Below, piece by piece: positions 1 through 5,786 of a DNA stretch of 12,472 bases. Positions within the stretch are counted from its first letter, which is position 1, and each line of letters starts with the position of its first letter. The translations under genes and the position numbers were made by a program. The DNA comes from a virus. Its lineage: Duplodnaviria; Heunggongvirae; Uroviricota; Caudoviricetes. The DNA lies in IMG/VR virus record IMGVR_UViG_3300037421_000106; one strand, given 5' to 3'. Under the pieces are notes generated by a model that had not been told where the DNA came from, did not search any database, and was given only the letters and a program-made list of their open reading frames with translations.

Positions 1-138
1 TCACTCTTCGTCGTCGTCATGTTCCCAGATCCGGCGAAGGAATGGCGGCAGCCAGATCGCAACGAGCACGATGACGGCGATGCCGAACACGGCGATGGCG
101 CCGACCGTGAGGGCGATGACGATCTCATCGGCTGCCAT
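1..138 (-). CDS. Small single-pass membrane protein (45 aa), not in the ORF track
   Basis: Manual translation gives MAADEIVIALTVGAIAVFGIAVIVLVAIWLPPFLRRIWEHDDDEE*. It has one long hydrophobic helix, then RR and an acidic tail. The stop TGA is at 3..1 and the start overlaps the end of the upstream ORF (125..322) by 14 nt. Confidence 0.7.
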   Translation of the reverse strand: MAADEIVIALTVGAIAVFGIAVIVLVAIWLPPFLRRIWEHDDDEE

Positions 139-322
139 TGCGCGGTTTCATGCGCCAGGCGTGGTTGCCGGGCGTCTGGTTCATGCCGAGGGCGCGCATT
201 TCCTCGGGCGTGCGGCAGCGCTTCGGCGCATCGCGCTCCGGTCGCCGTTTGCCGGTCGCATGCAGGTCGAAGGCCTCGCCGGATGCGAAGTGCTCGCCGC
301 AGCCGATGCAGCGCAGCGCCAT
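125..322 (-). CDS. Small phage zinc-binding protein (CxxC...FDxH...RC)
   Basis: CIGC-EHFASGEAFDLH-ATG...RCRTPEEMRALGM matches a recurrent phage small Zn-binding family (FDxHR-type motif, here FDLHA). Its ATG overlaps the stop of the upstream ORF at 322. Confidence 0.7.
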   Translation of the reverse strand: MALRCIGCGEHFASGEAFDLHATGKRRPERDAPKRCRTPEEMRALGMNQTPGNHAWRMKPRNGSR

Positions 323-654
323 CAGGGCTCGCGGTAGGTGAAAAGCAGCGACTTGCGGCGCGGCCCGCGCAGCAGGAATTCGGCGATCTGGCGTTCGGTC
401 ATGTCGGCGATTTCGGCGTCCAGGATCTCGATGCGGTAGACCTTGACGAGGGAACTGTCATTCGACGGCGTGCGTACGCGGAAGATGAACTCGCGCGAGG
501 AAAACGGCCGGTGCGTCGTGGTGTGGTCGATGATGACCGCGATTTCGCCGAACGTGTGCAGCGGGGCCGGTGGCGGAGTCACGGGCGGAAATGATACCGC
601 CTGTGCGTTACGGTTTCGGCGATTTCGCGAGGCCCACGGCGCGCAAGGCATCAT
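322..654 (-). CDS. Hypothetical protein (start uncertain, alternative GTG at 582)
   Basis: It fills the gap between coupled genes and its stop overlaps the next start at 322. The C-terminal two thirds looks globular. The first ~20 codons overlap the VRR-NUC gene. Confidence 0.55.
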   Translation of the reverse strand: MMPCAPWASRNRRNRNAQAVSFPPVTPPPAPLHTFGEIAVIIDHTTTHRPFSSREFIFRVRTPSNDSSLVKVYRIEILDAEIADMTERQIAEFLLRGPRRKSLLFTYREP

Positions 655-889
655 CCACGCTGCGCACGACGTGGACCTTGGCGTTCCAGGCGTTGATCCA
701 GGCGATCTGAGACTGGGCGAGCTCGCTGTCGGCCTTCAGCTCGAGCAGCCACATCTGGCCGGAGCGGGCCACGAGCAGGTCCGGGCATCCGTTGCCGATC
801 GACGTGAGGCTGAGCGTCGTGCAGCCGGCGCGGTTCAGGGCCTCGACGATGGCGGCCTGGTTGGCGTCAACGCGGTGCAGGTGCCGCAT
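608..889 (-). CDS. PD-(D/E)XK nuclease, VRR-NUC / Holliday-junction-resolvase-like
   Basis: RVDANQAAIVEAL...GNGCPDLLV...LLELK...SQIAW...VHVVRSVDDAL contains the PD...ExK catalytic motif and the stand-alone phage VRR-NUC pattern. It is coupled to the upstream ORF at 889. Confidence 0.8.
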   Translation of the reverse strand: MRHLHRVDANQAAIVEALNRAGCTTLSLTSIGNGCPDLLVARSGQMWLLELKADSELAQSQIAWINAWNAKVHVVRSVDDALRAVGLAKSPKP

Positions 890-1059
890 CAGCGCGTGTC
901 CGCGGCCACGGCGATCGCAGCGCGCATCTTCAGCCGCGCGACTTCTTCGCGCACCGCCTGCATCTGCTGCTCGGTGACGCCGTGCTCATGCAGCCGATCG
1001 ATGAACTCGACCATGTGCAATATGTCGGCGCGCACCTGCTCGAGCTGGAATGCGTTCAT
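889..1059 (-). CDS. Small helical hypothetical protein (56 aa)
   Basis: The start is placed at MNAFQ (ATG 1059) because GAGG lies just upstream and it overlaps the stop of 1056..1175 (ATGA). Its own stop overlaps the VRR-NUC start. Confidence 0.65.
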   Translation of the reverse strand: MNAFQLEQVRADILHMVEFIDRLHEHGVTEQQMQAVREEVARLKMRAAIAVAADTR

Positions 1060-1175
1060 CGCGGCCTCGGAGCATCGAACCGGGCGCACACGAGCGCGGC
1101 CTCGAGCGCGACGCGGCGGGAGCAGCCGAGTTCGCGCCAGCGGCGGAAGGAGCGGTACAGGCGCAGGAGGATCAT
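1056..1175 (-). CDS. Small basic hypothetical protein (39 aa), not in the ORF track
   Basis: Translation: MILLRLYRSFRRWRELGCSRRVALEAALVCARFDAPRPR*. It starts 3 nt after the initiator stop and ends in an ATGA overlap with the next gene, filling the gap exactly. Confidence 0.6.
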   Translation of the reverse strand: MILLRLYRSFRRWRELGCSRRVALEAALVCARFDAPRPR

Positions 1176-1178
1176 CGG

Positions 1179-1907
1179 TCAGTCCCAGTGCTCGGCCGGC
1201 TCAGCTTGGCCGATCGTAGGTTTTTTCGTCAGGATCGCCATTGCGTACGCTTTCGGATCGTCCGCGCTCAGAGACGCCCGCAACGCGGCTAGGATCGTGT
1301 CGGCGGGCCACTGCTTTACCAGCGATCCGAGGAAATTCCGGGCGGTCTTTTCGGTGATCGGCTTAAGGCCGGCGGTTGTCAGGAACTCGACGCCGAAGGC
1401 GAAAACCTCGGCAGCTGCATCAACCGGACCGCCGTCAGGCGGGGTGTTGTTCTTTTTCTTTTCGGTTAGCGGTTTCGGTAAGCGGTTAGCGGTTTCGTGC
1501 TCCGATGCAGTGCGTTTGCTACTCACACGCGTAGCAGATGCACTGCGTTTTTCCTGTAATGCTTTGATTTCACTGAGAAGTGGTTCAGGCGGAAGCGGCC
1601 ATTTTGGCTTAAAAGCGCGCGGCCAGTTGTAGAATTTCGGGATACAGGCGAAGGTCGCTCCGGACTCTGATTTGTAACAAACCGCCATTTGCTGCGTTGC
1701 GATTTGCTCCAGCAGGCCGGCGATCGCCTGCGCGCTCTTGCCTTCGCAGCTGGGGCAATGCCGCTTCAGGTACAGGTCGCCGACCGGCACCAGCCCGTAA
1801 TCGTCGGCGTTCAGCAGCAGCTCGAAGTAGAGGCAGCGCGCGTCGATCGACAATGCATGGTAGCGCTCACTATCAAGGATGGCCTCGCGGATAATGCGGT
1901 TTGGCAT
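1179..1907 (-). CDS. Phage replication initiator protein (242 aa)
   Basis: The N-terminus MPNRIIREAILDSERYHALSIDARCLYFELLLNADDYG matches prophage initiator N-terminal domains. It is followed by a low-complexity linker carrying DNA repeats and a small helical C-terminal domain. The start is set at 1907 by the TGATG overlap with the helicase stop. Confidence 0.7.
   Translation of the reverse strand: MPNRIIREAILDSERYHALSIDARCLYFELLLNADDYGLVPVGDLYLKRHCPSCEGKSAQAIAGLLEQIATQQMAVCYKSESGATFACIPKFYNWPRAFKPKWPLPPEPLLSEIKALQEKRSASATRVSSKRTASEHETANRLPKPLTEKKKNNTPPDGGPVDAAAEVFAFGVEFLTTAGLKPITEKTARNFLGSLVKQWPADTILAALRASLSADDPKAYAMAILTKKPTIGQAEPAEHWD
1451..1550. repeat. Iteron-like repeats plus an A-rich tract (candidate replication origin) inside the initiator gene
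   Basis: CGGTTAGCGGTTTCG is at 1463-1477 and 1483-1497 (period 20). GATGCA[G/C]TGCGTTT is at 1504-1517 and 1537-1550. The inverted pair TGCTAC/GTAGCA is at 1517-1522 and 1531-1536. TCTTTTTCTTTTC is at 1451-1463. Confidence 0.6.
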
Positions 1908-2836
1908 CAACGGTCCCAACAGGAAAAGTCGTCCGGATTGAACCGCAGCGCATCGTCGCCAAGGTGTTGCACGAGCTGCAGCGCGGCGGCCCGCCACCAG
2001 AAGCCGAGCCGGCCGCGATACTCGCCGTTCCTCTGCTTGTCCACGGCAATGGTGACGTCGGGCTCGCCGGCGTGCTTGACGTCACCCGTTTCCTCGGAGC
2101 GGCGCTTTTTGTCGTTGCCGTAGACAATCAGGACGTTGTGCACCAGATCCGGACAGGCGCCGGTGCCGCGCCAGTCGTAGCGGGACGGCGCGCGCTGCTC
2201 GTCGGGCTTGCGCACGTGCCCGATAAGGTGGATGTGGCAGCCGGTATCACGCGCGATTTCGACCAGGCCCCGCACGAAGACGACGGACGACTCGTCCGAC
2301 GAGCGCCCCGGCGGCACGATCAGCGTCAGGTTGTCGATCACGATATGGCGGAACTTTTCGGCCCAGCCGCGCACGTGGCGCAGCATTAGGAGCGGAGCGA
2401 CGTGGCCCACATAGTCGGCGAAGTACAGGTGCAACAGACGCGCCAGCAGCATTTCGAATTCGCGCTTGTCCGGCTGCGCGGTGCACAGGAACTGCCGCGT
2501 CAGGCGCTTGATCTGGATGCCAACGTCCATTTCGAGCGAGCAGATCAGCACCGGTGTTTCCTGGATCGCCCAGTGCGCCACAACATAATTCACAAGTAAG
2601 GACTTACCGTCCCCATTCGGCCCGATCCAGGCTGTCACCTCGTGCGGCCGGAAGCGGATCTTCTCGTGCGTCTTGGACCACGGCAGCGCATCGCCGTGCA
2701 GCAGATCGGACTGCTGGATCTTGGCCCAGGCTCGATCCTCGAATGTGCCATGCATCGCGCTGCCCAGCGCCGGGATGTCCTCGAGGCGGCGCGGCTCGCC
2801 GCTGGCGCCGCGGAACTGCAGGACGGCGGCCATCAC
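1907..2836 (-). CDS. SF4 replicative helicase (T7 gp4/Twinkle/DnaB-like), helicase domain only
   Basis: Walker A GPNGDGKS, H1a ICSLEM, Walker B HIVIDNL, H3 HIHLIGHVRK, H4 DWRGTGACPDLVHNV and the arginine finger region VDKQRNGE are all present. Confidence 0.88.
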   Translation of the reverse strand: MMAAVLQFRGASGEPRRLEDIPALGSAMHGTFEDRAWAKIQQSDLLHGDALPWSKTHEKIRFRPHEVTAWIGPNGDGKSLLVNYVVAHWAIQETPVLICSLEMDVGIQIKRLTRQFLCTAQPDKREFEMLLARLLHLYFADYVGHVAPLLMLRHVRGWAEKFRHIVIDNLTLIVPPGRSSDESSVVFVRGLVEIARDTGCHIHLIGHVRKPDEQRAPSRYDWRGTGACPDLVHNVLIVYGNDKKRRSEETGDVKHAGEPDVTIAVDKQRNGEYRGRLGFWWRAAALQLVQHLGDDALRFNPDDFSCWDR

Positions 2837-2952
2837 AGCCCCAGCGAGCGCGCTAAAGCCATCATGGCTGCGTCGTACTCGGCCGGCGTGGCGTGTGGGT
2901 GCGTTTGGATCCAGGCGCGCTTGCAGAGCTCGTACAGCGCCCAGCCGGTCAT
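2833..2952 (-). CDS. Small phage hypothetical protein (39 aa)
   Basis: MTGWALYELCKRAWIQTHPHATPAEYDAAMMALARSLGL resembles a common phage micro-protein (YE.K..W...HP.ATP.EY). It has 4-nt overlaps at both ends. The longer 2833..3246 call is not supported. Confidence 0.7.
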   Translation of the reverse strand: MTGWALYELCKRAWIQTHPHATPAEYDAAMMALARSLGL

Positions 2953-3143
2953 GCGCCCACCCCCAGCAGCTTTTCCGCCATCACCGCAAACGCCTGCGCC
3001 CGCTCGCCAAGCTTCGGCTCCGGATGCGCGTCGTCCCACAGGAACTTCGCCACGCGCAACAGGTGCTCGGCGCGCGGACGGTCGGCCAGCGCCGTGTACG
3101 GGCGGCCGGGGATGAAGACGGGAAGTGCCGAAAGGCTTGACAT
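2949..3143 (-). CDS. Hypothetical protein (64 aa), first gene of the replication operon
   Basis: GGAG SD lies 6 nt upstream of ATG 3143 (MSSLSALP). The stop forms an ATGA overlap with the next gene. Confidence 0.65.
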   Translation of the reverse strand: MSSLSALPVFIPGRPYTALADRPRAEHLLRVAKFLWDDAHPEPKLGERAQAFAVMAEKLLGVGA

Positions 3144-3238
3144 GGACGACTCCCGAAAAGTCGAAAGCGAGCGGGGCGCAGTGTTTCGGGCACTGCGCGG
3201 CGATGGTGGCGGCCAAACCACCCCGCGCGGCCCGCTCA
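3144..3238 (-). ncRNA. Candidate structured 5' leader (cis-regulatory RNA)
   Basis: Stems: GAGCGGG/CCCGCTC (3237-3231 with 3175-3169), GGTGG/CCACC (3222-3218 with 3209-3205), GCGCAGTG/CACTGCGC (3198-3191 with 3183-3176), plus CGACTTTTCGGGAGTCG, which covers the SD. Confidence 0.4.
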
Positions 3239-3244
3239 GGCCGC

Positions 3245-3274
3245 ATTATGCGCGGTAAGTGTCCGCCTTGACAA
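3245..3274 (-). promoter_or_regulatory. Sigma70-like promoter for the replication operon
   Basis: The - strand reads TTGTCA (3274-3269), 18 nt, CATAAT (3250-3245). It overlaps the inverted repeat TTGAC-N10-GTCAA (3268-3287). Confidence 0.6.
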
Positions 3275-3297
3275 CGGGGACAGTCAACCGGTTTACG

Positions 3298-4116
3298 CTA
3301 CAGCTCAAATCCTTGCTGCGCCGTTCGCCTGGCCTGCAGCGGCGCGTACGCTTCCTGCAGGTCGCAGCCGATCCACTTGCGGCCGAGCCTCTGCGCAACC
3401 TCGCCGACCGTCCCGCTTCCGAAGAACGGATCGAGCACCACGTCGCCGACGTGCGAACCGGCCATGAGGCATCGCTCAACTAATCCTAACGGCATCACTG
3501 CCGGGTGCTGCGCATTGCTGCCGATTGGGATAGTCCAAACGCTGCGATTCCAATCACCATTTTCAAGATATCGGACAAAGTACTGTTCCTCCTTAGACAT
3601 AAGGAACACGTACTCATGGCTGGTCGCAGGACGATCAACTCTAGTCGGCTCTATTGCCGAGGGCTTCGACCAGATGATTGTCTGTCTCAAGTACCATCCG
3701 TCACAACGCAGCGCATGTGCAACCTGAAACGGAATCAAAGTCAGATCCTTCATCTTATAGCCATTCGGCGGCATTCGAAAGCCCTTGCGTTCTCGCACCG
3801 AGTCCCAACAAGCGCGATCACCCGCAGATCCGCCTCCACCCTTCCCGCTCGCCGCAAATACGTCGCCCAGGTTCAACCATAGCGTACCGTTGTCGCCTAC
3901 TAACTCGCGTACTAGACGGAACACATCTACAAGCGTCGCCACGTATTCGCTAGGATCGCGCTCAAGCCCAATCTGTGATGCGTGGCCGTAGTCTCTGAGA
4001 CCTCCCCAGTAAGGCGGACTCGTCACACACATCTGCACCCGCACGCCATCAACGATCATCTGGCGCATGGAATCTCGGCAGTCGCCGATCAGGCAGCGGT
4101 TGTCGTAAGCGGTCAC
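3298..4116 (-). CDS. DNA methyltransferase, beta class N4/N6 family (SPPY, probably m4C)
   Basis: Motif IV CVTSPPYW is near the N-terminus, followed by WLNLGD, WSKP, HEYVFLMSK and HPAVMP. Motif I VLDPFFGSGT is near the C-terminus, then WIGCDL. The GTG start overlaps the HTH stop. Confidence 0.92.
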   Translation of the reverse strand: MTAYDNRCLIGDCRDSMRQMIVDGVRVQMCVTSPPYWGGLRDYGHASQIGLERDPSEYVATLVDVFRLVRELVGDNGTLWLNLGDVFAASGKGGGGSAGDRACWDSVRERKGFRMPPNGYKMKDLTLIPFQVAHALRCDGWYLRQTIIWSKPSAIEPTRVDRPATSHEYVFLMSKEEQYFVRYLENGDWNRSVWTIPIGSNAQHPAVMPLGLVERCLMAGSHVGDVVLDPFFGSGTVGEVAQRLGRKWIGCDLQEAYAPLQARRTAQQGFEL

Positions 4117-4340
4117 TTCGCCCGCCCGTTCTTAACCAATCGAAGCTCATAGCCGAGTGCCCGCGCGAGCTGGACAATACTGCCGAAGCGCTGCGACCCG
4201 TCCGGATTGGTGCCGATACGGCTGAGCATCGATTTGTTGATGCCTGTCTCCACTTCCAGCACGCGTAAGCTCTTGCCGCTTAAGGAGATTTCTCTGCCAA
4301 GGCGGGCGATGATCGGGTGAACCTCTGAATTACCGGGCAT
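4113..4340 (-). CDS. XRE/Cro-CI-type helix-turn-helix regulator (75 aa)
   Basis: SLRVLEVETGINKSMLSRI...FGSIVQLARALGYEL is a typical XRE HTH. The start is moved to MPGNSEV (4340) because the predicted promoter lies within the longer 4400 call. Confidence 0.75.
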   Translation of the reverse strand: MPGNSEVHPIIARLGREISLSGKSLRVLEVETGINKSMLSRIGTNPDGSQRFGSIVQLARALGYELRLVKNGRAK

Positions 4341-4357
4341 TTCAGCAAGTCTCACGC

Positions 4358-4386
4358 TTGACACAGTTTCAATTATGGGACAATAT
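4358..4386 (+). promoter_or_regulatory. Rightward sigma70-like promoter interdigitated with the leftward one
   Basis: TTGACA is at 4358-4363. The -10 is either TG-G-GACAAT (4379-4384) or CAATAT (4381-4386, 17-nt spacer). AGGAG SD and ATG 4424 follow. Confidence 0.5.
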
Positions 4387-4400
4387 GCAGGCGTTGTCAA
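4372..4400 (-). promoter_or_regulatory. Strong sigma70 promoter (leftward; HTH and MTase)
   Basis: The - strand reads TTGACA (4400-4395), 17 nt, CATAAT (4377-4372). Confidence 0.75.
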
Positions 4401-4423
4401 ACAAGCACACAGGAGAAGCCGCC

Positions 4424-4561
4424 ATGACCCTCGCCCAGATCGTAACCCTCGCCCGAAGCATGATGGCCACGTTGCGTAACGGCTGCACTCGTGCGATCCA
4501 TTACCTCCGCCAGCTCCGGCTGACGGACGAGTTCATCCGCTGGGCGCTGCTGGGGCGGTGA
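4424..4561 (+). CDS. Small hypothetical protein (45 aa), first gene of the rightward operon
   Basis: AGGAG at 4411-4415 precedes ATG 4424, giving MTLAQIVTLARSMMATLRNGCTRAIHYLRQLRLTDEFIRWALLGR. Confidence 0.65.
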   Translation: MTLAQIVTLARSMMATLRNGCTRAIHYLRQLRLTDEFIRWALLGR

Positions 4562-4563
4562 GC

Positions 4564-4809
4564 ATGGCGCACTCTCCAGCCCCCTGGCACGCCGACGAGC
4601 ACATGCGCGTCGTGGGCGCCAACGGCGACGTAATCTGCGACGTTGATCCGTTTGACGAGCATCCAGACGCAAAGGCGAATCTCGCGCTGATCGCGGCGGC
4701 GCCGGAGTTGCTTCACGCGCTGAAAGCGGTAATGCACGGCAACGACAACGACGATAGCGTTCCGGCGGTTCAAGCCCGCGCCGCAATCGCCAAAGCGGAG
4801 GCCGCATGA
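4564..4809 (+). CDS. Conserved phage hypothetical protein (xPxPW...ANxxLIAAAPELLxAL family)
   Basis: HSPAPW...ANLALIAAAPELLHALK...ARAAIAKAE matches a very widespread phage early-protein pattern. It ends in an ATGA overlap. Alternative start GTG 4558. Confidence 0.8.
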   Translation: MAHSPAPWHADEHMRVVGANGDVICDVDPFDEHPDAKANLALIAAAPELLHALKAVMHGNDNDDSVPAVQARAAIAKAEAA

Positions 4810-5156
4810 GCACCGAGCTGATTATCGATGGCAGCGTCCTCGCCCATGAAGGCCACAAGTACAAGGTGAGCCTGTACCTTACGCTGCCAGACTGGTCCGA
4901 GCACCTGAAGGTCGAAGTCACCGTGCGCGCCCTCGACGATGACGGCTCCGACCTCGGCAGCTACTACGACAACGGCGCCTGTGACGACGATCCGGAGTCG
5001 ATCGAGGATTGCGTCTTCGGCATCATCTACGAGCTGGCCGCGAAGTGCTGGCCGGAGCATGAGCGGATCGAGCGCGAGCGGGCGGAGGTGCGATTGCAGC
5101 GGATCGTCGGTAGCCACATTGATTTCTCGTACGAAGATTTCGATTTGAGACGCTGA
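4806..5156 (+). CDS. Acidic hypothetical protein (116 aa)
   Basis: It is coupled at both ends (ATGA, TGATG), has GC-rich third positions, and has 27 D/E against 12 K/R by hand count. Confidence 0.7.
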   Translation: MSTELIIDGSVLAHEGHKYKVSLYLTLPDWSEHLKVEVTVRALDDDGSDLGSYYDNGACDDDPESIEDCVFGIIYELAAKCWPEHERIERERAEVRLQRIVGSHIDFSYEDFDLRR

Positions 5157-5350
5157 TGGCCTGTGAATTCATCTGCGACGGTTGCGGCAAGCGCGCGCCG
5201 GGTTGGGCGAATCGCACCGGCGAGTGGTTCAAGCCGCACCTTTGGTATATGAGAGGAGATGAGGACGGGACTCAAATCGCGTGCTCCCGCGAGTGCATAG
5301 ACAAGATTTCCAAGACAACCGGCAAGACGAATGTGGTGATACCAATATGA
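5156..5350 (+). CDS. Small Zn-binding protein (CDGC...CSREC)
   Basis: Two CxxC/CxxxC pairs resemble a treble-clef/TRASH-like site. It is coupled at both ends. Confidence 0.7.
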   Translation: MACEFICDGCGKRAPGWANRTGEWFKPHLWYMRGDEDGTQIACSRECIDKISKTTGKTNVVIPI

Positions 5351-5697
5351 CCGCCCCGACCGCCGCACCGCCTGATGTGCGCGAACTGCTTGAACGCTGC
5401 AAGTCGGTCATGTTCACGGTTACGCTTGCGAAAGTCGGCTTCGATTTCACCGAGCTGTTAGATGACATTGGTACGGTCCTCTCCCAGCCCCCGGACGCGA
5501 AGCCGGTCTATTGGGATCCGCCCTCAGATTGGCTGAAAGATCATGAGATACCGCCCATGGGGTCCGCTTTGCAAAAGCTTGGATCGCGCCTCGCCGACAT
5601 GCTGCAAGATGACGACTGGAACAACATCGAGCAGATGCTATTCGACGTGGCGCGAGAGTGCGCCGCCCCTCAACCGCCAGCCGGGAAGAGCAAGTAA
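5347..5697 (+). CDS. Hypothetical protein (116 aa)
   Basis: The start MTAPTAAP at 5347 forms an ATGA overlap with the upstream stop. The core is helical and acidic. Confidence 0.65.
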   Translation: MTAPTAAPPDVRELLERCKSVMFTVTLAKVGFDFTELLDDIGTVLSQPPDAKPVYWDPPSDWLKDHEIPPMGSALQKLGSRLADMLQDDDWNNIEQMLFDVARECAAPQPPAGKSK

Positions 5698-5786
5698 TGA
5701 AAAAATCATATTCATGTCCGGCCTGCGGGCGCACTAACTGCCCGTGCCGATTTCCGGTGCCAACTTATAGGAGTCCGAAAGCATGA
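5697..5786 (+). CDS. Cys-rich micro-protein (29 aa), not in the ORF track
   Basis: Translation: MKKSYSCPACGRTNCPCRFPVPTYRSPKA*. It has a TAATG overlap upstream and an ATGA overlap downstream. Confidence 0.5.
   Translation: MKKSYSCPACGRTNCPCRFPVPTYRSPKA

Noticed and set aside
443-461. TTGAC-N9-GTCAT resembling the operator dyad
   Set aside because: The spacing differs, it lies inside a coding region, and there is no -10 element, so it is likely chance.
19-1632. Long + strand ORFs 19..594, 443..1219 and 982..1632
   Set aside because: They are antisense shadows of the tightly coupled - strand operon. Their composition is R/A/G-rich with no motifs and no SD.
1908-1997. 30-aa N-terminal extension of the initiator
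   Set aside because: It overlaps the helicase C-terminus. The family N-terminus begins at MPNRII with a TGATG overlap.
2953-3246. N-terminal extensions of ORFs 2833..3246 and 2949..3221
   Set aside because: They run through the predicted promoter and leader. Internal starts at 2952 and 3143 have better SD or coupling evidence.
4113-4561. HTH as an Aca regulator of an anti-CRISPR operon
   Set aside because: The HTH is divergent from the small-gene operon rather than downstream within it, and no Acr family is recognisable.
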